Source: Tortispora ganteri (taxonomy: Eukaryota). From it: a stretch of 20,000 nt of DNA. Location of the stretch: positions 304,084-324,083 of the forward strand of contig PPNB01000008.1 in the NCBI GenBank assembly GCA_003707115.1, given 5' to 3'. The position numbers and the translations under genes are program-made. The notes beneath the pieces were generated by a model. It made no database searches, was not told the DNA's origin, and saw only the letters and a program-made list of their open reading frames with translations. Of the stretch, positions 17,426 through 20,000 are shown in pieces; positions within the stretch are counted from its first letter, which is position 1, and every line of letters starts with the position of its first letter.

Positions 17426-18910
17426 ATGTTCCAAAAGCCACAAGAATCTGAGTCAACGCTCTCCGATAAGGCTGTACTCGGTCAGCAGACAACTAATTCT
17501 TCATACTTCTCAGTTTGTGCTATTGACGATCGCAAACTTATGCGGAAAGTTGATATCCACGTCATACCTATTTTATTTCTTATCTTTCTATGTGCTTTTA
17601 CGGACCGCATCAGTATTGGTAATGCGCAAATCGCAGGAATAGAGCGGTCCCTTGGCCTACAAGGTAATCAGTTTAACATTGCCGTTCTAGTGTTCTTCGT
17701 GCCATACATTCTCTTAGAGATACCCAGCAATCTGATTTTGAAAAGCATTACCCCTAGCATCTGGTTTGGTAGTATTGTATCATTGTGGGGCATTACTGCC
17801 ATCGGTATGGGATTCACTACAAACTTCGCAGGACTTCTCACTGCAAGAGTCTTCATGGGGATTTTCGAAGCAGGGCTCATGCCAGGAAGCATATACCTCA
17901 TATCTATGTACTATAAGCAGTGCGAACTTCAGAGACGAATCACTATTTTCTTCGCTGCGAGTGTCATTGCTGGTGCGTTTGGCGGACTTTTGGCCTACGC
18001 CTTCATGCAAATGCATGGAATCCGAGATCTAGAGGGCTGGAGATGGATATTTATCATGGAAGGTATATTGTCGGTATTGATCGCTATTCTTGCTTACATT
18101 TTTGTACCAAATATGCCTGAAAAGGCACGGTTTCTTAACTCTGAAGAACGCGCATACATATATGAGCGTCAGGTACGCTCGACTGAACAAATCGGTACTA
18201 TGAATAAACTGAACTCATTCACATGGAAGCTTCTACTTACAGATTGGAAATTGTACATTGGTACTTTGATGTACATGTTGATCAATTACTCCGGTGTATC
18301 TGCGACAGTTGTTATGCCTTCTATAGTGTACGGACTCGGTGCCTATACTCCGCAGCGTACACAGCTAATGTTAATTCCTATTTACATTTTCAGCGTAATT
18401 GTGTCGTTCTGTGGCGCGTGGTACGCTGACAAACGCGAACAACGATACCCCGTAAGTATGCTTGGAGCACTAACTCTGCTCACAGGCTACCTAATCTTAT
18501 GGGTAGGTCAGGACACAGTATCATCTGGGGTGAAGTACTTTGCGTGTTTCCTGCTGGTGAGTGGATGCTTTACGGCACAACCTCTGGCTCTCGCATGGCT
18601 CCAGAATAACATATCTGGTCATTACAAGCGCGCAATCTTTTCGGCCATACAGATCGGTATAGGTAATATCGGAGGACTCATTGCCTCTATCCTGTTCCAG
18701 AGCACTCACGCGCCGCGCTATGCGTCTGGATACATAACAGGTATTGCGTTCACTGTAACTTCTATTGCTGTATTCACCTCATTCTACTTCGGTATACGTC
18801 GCGCCATCGCTCGACGAGATGCCGGGAAAGAGGTCTGGAAGTTTGATTTGCCTTCCGAGAAGCTCGAAAACCTCGGCGATAGCGATCCTCGGTTCAGGTA
18901 TTCCCTTTAA
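17426..18910 (+). CDS. MFS transporter, anion:cation symporter (Dal5/Tna1 allantoate/nicotinate permease) family, 494 aa
   Basis: 'RKLMRKVDIHVIP', 'DRISIGNAQIAG', 'FFVPYILLEIPSN', 'EGWRWIFIMEG', about 12 hydrophobic segments and the typical C-terminal 'LGDSDPRFRYSL'. Confidence 0.93.
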   Translation: MFQKPQESESTLSDKAVLGQQTTNSSYFSVCAIDDRKLMRKVDIHVIPILFLIFLCAFTDRISIGNAQIAGIERSLGLQGNQFNIAVLVFFVPYILLEIPSNLILKSITPSIWFGSIVSLWGITAIGMGFTTNFAGLLTARVFMGIFEAGLMPGSIYLISMYYKQCELQRRITIFFAASVIAGAFGGLLAYAFMQMHGIRDLEGWRWIFIMEGILSVLIAILAYIFVPNMPEKARFLNSEERAYIYERQVRSTEQIGTMNKLNSFTWKLLLTDWKLYIGTLMYMLINYSGVSATVVMPSIVYGLGAYTPQRTQLMLIPIYIFSVIVSFCGAWYADKREQRYPVSMLGALTLLTGYLILWVGQDTVSSGVKYFACFLLVSGCFTAQPLALAWLQNNISGHYKRAIFSAIQIGIGNIGGLIASILFQSTHAPRYASGYITGIAFTVTSIAVFTSFYFGIRRAIARRDAGKEVWKFDLPSEKLENLGDSDPRFRYSL

Positions 18911-19022
18911 ACGCATTTCTTGCCGTATTATCACTCAAATAACCTGTTACTCTTTATATTCAAGTATTTAATTTTTAGTATCAGAACACTGATATCGCCA
19001 GCCGATTAAGATTTGTAATCGA

Positions 19023-19067
19023 CCAATCAGAGCCGACAATAAGTGTGGGGAGAAATACCTATATAAA
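19023..19067 (+). promoter_or_regulatory. Compact SDR promoter: CCAATCA (19023), GTGGGG Mig1/CreA box (19045-19050), TATATAAA (19060-19067)
   Basis: Ordered CCAAT box, repressor box and TATA box 55-100 bp upstream of the ATG at 19123. Confidence 0.55.
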
Positions 19068-19122
19068 GAAGGTGCGGGAGCCCCGATAAACTGATTTCCA
19101 TATCAAAACATTTATCTAGAGT

Positions 19123-19902
19123 ATGTCTAATTTGTTCAGTTTAGAAGGAGTCACTGCCTTAATAACCGGAGGTTCGCGTGGTATTGGTCAAGGAATGGCT
19201 TTAGAGCTTGCACGTGCAGGTGCCAATCTGATTCTCATTCAGCGTGACGCTTCGAACATCGACACAAAAACAAAGGCCGAGGCTCTCGGCCGAAAAGTCG
19301 ATATTGTGATTGCAGACCTTGGTGTACGCAATGAAGTATACAAAGTCATGGAACAAGTAGACAAACTTGGAGTTGAAGTGCGAGTCTTGTTGAACTGTGC
19401 TGGAATGACTTTGCGTAGAAAAGCAGAAGAGTTCGACGACGAATCTTGGGACAAAGTTATTCAAATTGACTTGACAAGCTGTTTCCAGCTTGCCCGTGAG
19501 GTCGGTAAGCGCATGTTATCTTACGAAATCGATCCTGTCCTTGGATGCCGCGGAAAGATTATCAATATCGGTTCAATCATGTCTTTCCAAGGCGGTCTGC
19601 TCACCGCTGCCTACGCCTCCGCTAAAGGTGGAATTGCCCAATTGACCAAAAATATGGCTAACGAATGGGCTTCCCGTCAAGTACATGTCAACTGTGTTGC
19701 TCCTGGCTATTATTACACTGATTTGACCGCAACCCTGCTTGACTCCGAGCGAGGTAAAAAGATCATGGAACGTCTACCTGCCGGTCGTTGGGGTAACCCC
19801 AGTGAGGATATTGGTGGTACAGCTGTTTTTCTTGCATCACGTGCTTCCAATTATGTTGATGGTGCTGTAATTCCTGTTGATGGTGGTTGGTTAGCATTTT
19901 AA
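19123..19902 (+). CDS. Short-chain dehydrogenase/reductase, KduD (2-deoxy-D-gluconate 3-dehydrogenase)/gluconate 5-dehydrogenase-like, 259 aa
   Basis: TGGSRGIG Rossmann motif, 'NCAG', KduD-typical 'GKIINIGSIMSFQGG', catalytic YASAK, 'MANEWA...VNCVAPGY', 'RLPAGRWG', C-terminal 'VDGGWLA'. Confidence 0.88.
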   Translation: MSNLFSLEGVTALITGGSRGIGQGMALELARAGANLILIQRDASNIDTKTKAEALGRKVDIVIADLGVRNEVYKVMEQVDKLGVEVRVLLNCAGMTLRRKAEEFDDESWDKVIQIDLTSCFQLAREVGKRMLSYEIDPVLGCRGKIINIGSIMSFQGGLLTAAYASAKGGIAQLTKNMANEWASRQVHVNCVAPGYYYTDLTATLLDSERGKKIMERLPAGRWGNPSEDIGGTAVFLASRASNYVDGAVIPVDGGWLAF

Positions 19903-20000
19903 AATGCTTTGAATGAATAGATCATTAGTGATAAACAGCAGCTCCGTTTTGTGGGGATTATTAAGCTTTAAAACGGCGGCAGATTTCTTCGTCCCCCCTC

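Noticed and set aside
79..19464. The many 60-110 aa ORFs antisense to or out of frame within the ten main genes
   Set aside because: Shadow ORFs with no motifs, fully explained by the overlapping real CDSs.
1..20000. tRNA, rRNA, CRISPR arrays, transposase/LTR remnants, alternative (CUG) genetic code
   Set aside because: None recognised by eye; CTG encodes conserved Leu in RAD51 and AGC1.

Overview
Gene-dense, intron-poor fungal DNA, most consistent with an early-branching budding yeast (Saccharomycotina; inference). The genetic code is standard: CTG falls at conserved Leu positions in RAD51 'CQLP' and AGC1 'GLYKG'. The left part is housekeeping: RAD51 (-), an LMBR1-family membrane protein with an ATG-only first exon, the NuA3 scaffold NTO1, the ERAD ligase HRD1 (one intron), and an EF-hand aspartate/glutamate carrier AGC1 with a probable 5'UTR intron. 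The right part (about 11.6-20 kb) is an accessory catabolic block: a peroxisomal (PTS1 -AKL) AhpD/CMD-like protein, a CYP504A/PhacA-type phenylacetate 2-hydroxylase, a Zn2Cys6 regulator, a divergently transcribed ACS-family MFS transporter and a KduD/gluconate-5-dehydrogenase-like SDR. The CYP, regulator/MFS and SDR promoters share Mig1/CreA boxes and WGCGG motifs, and the P450 promoter has two CGGAA-N3-TTCCG palindromes. The best candidate for an undescribed system is this putative self-regulated organic-acid catabolism cluster. Secondary leads are a Dmc1-like residue in RAD51 loop L1, a uORF overlapping the HRD1 start, a relic bromodomain in NTO1 and a possible structured or spliced ncRNA in the RAD51-LMBR1 intergenic region. 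No database search was run; family assignments come from motifs and remembered homologues.
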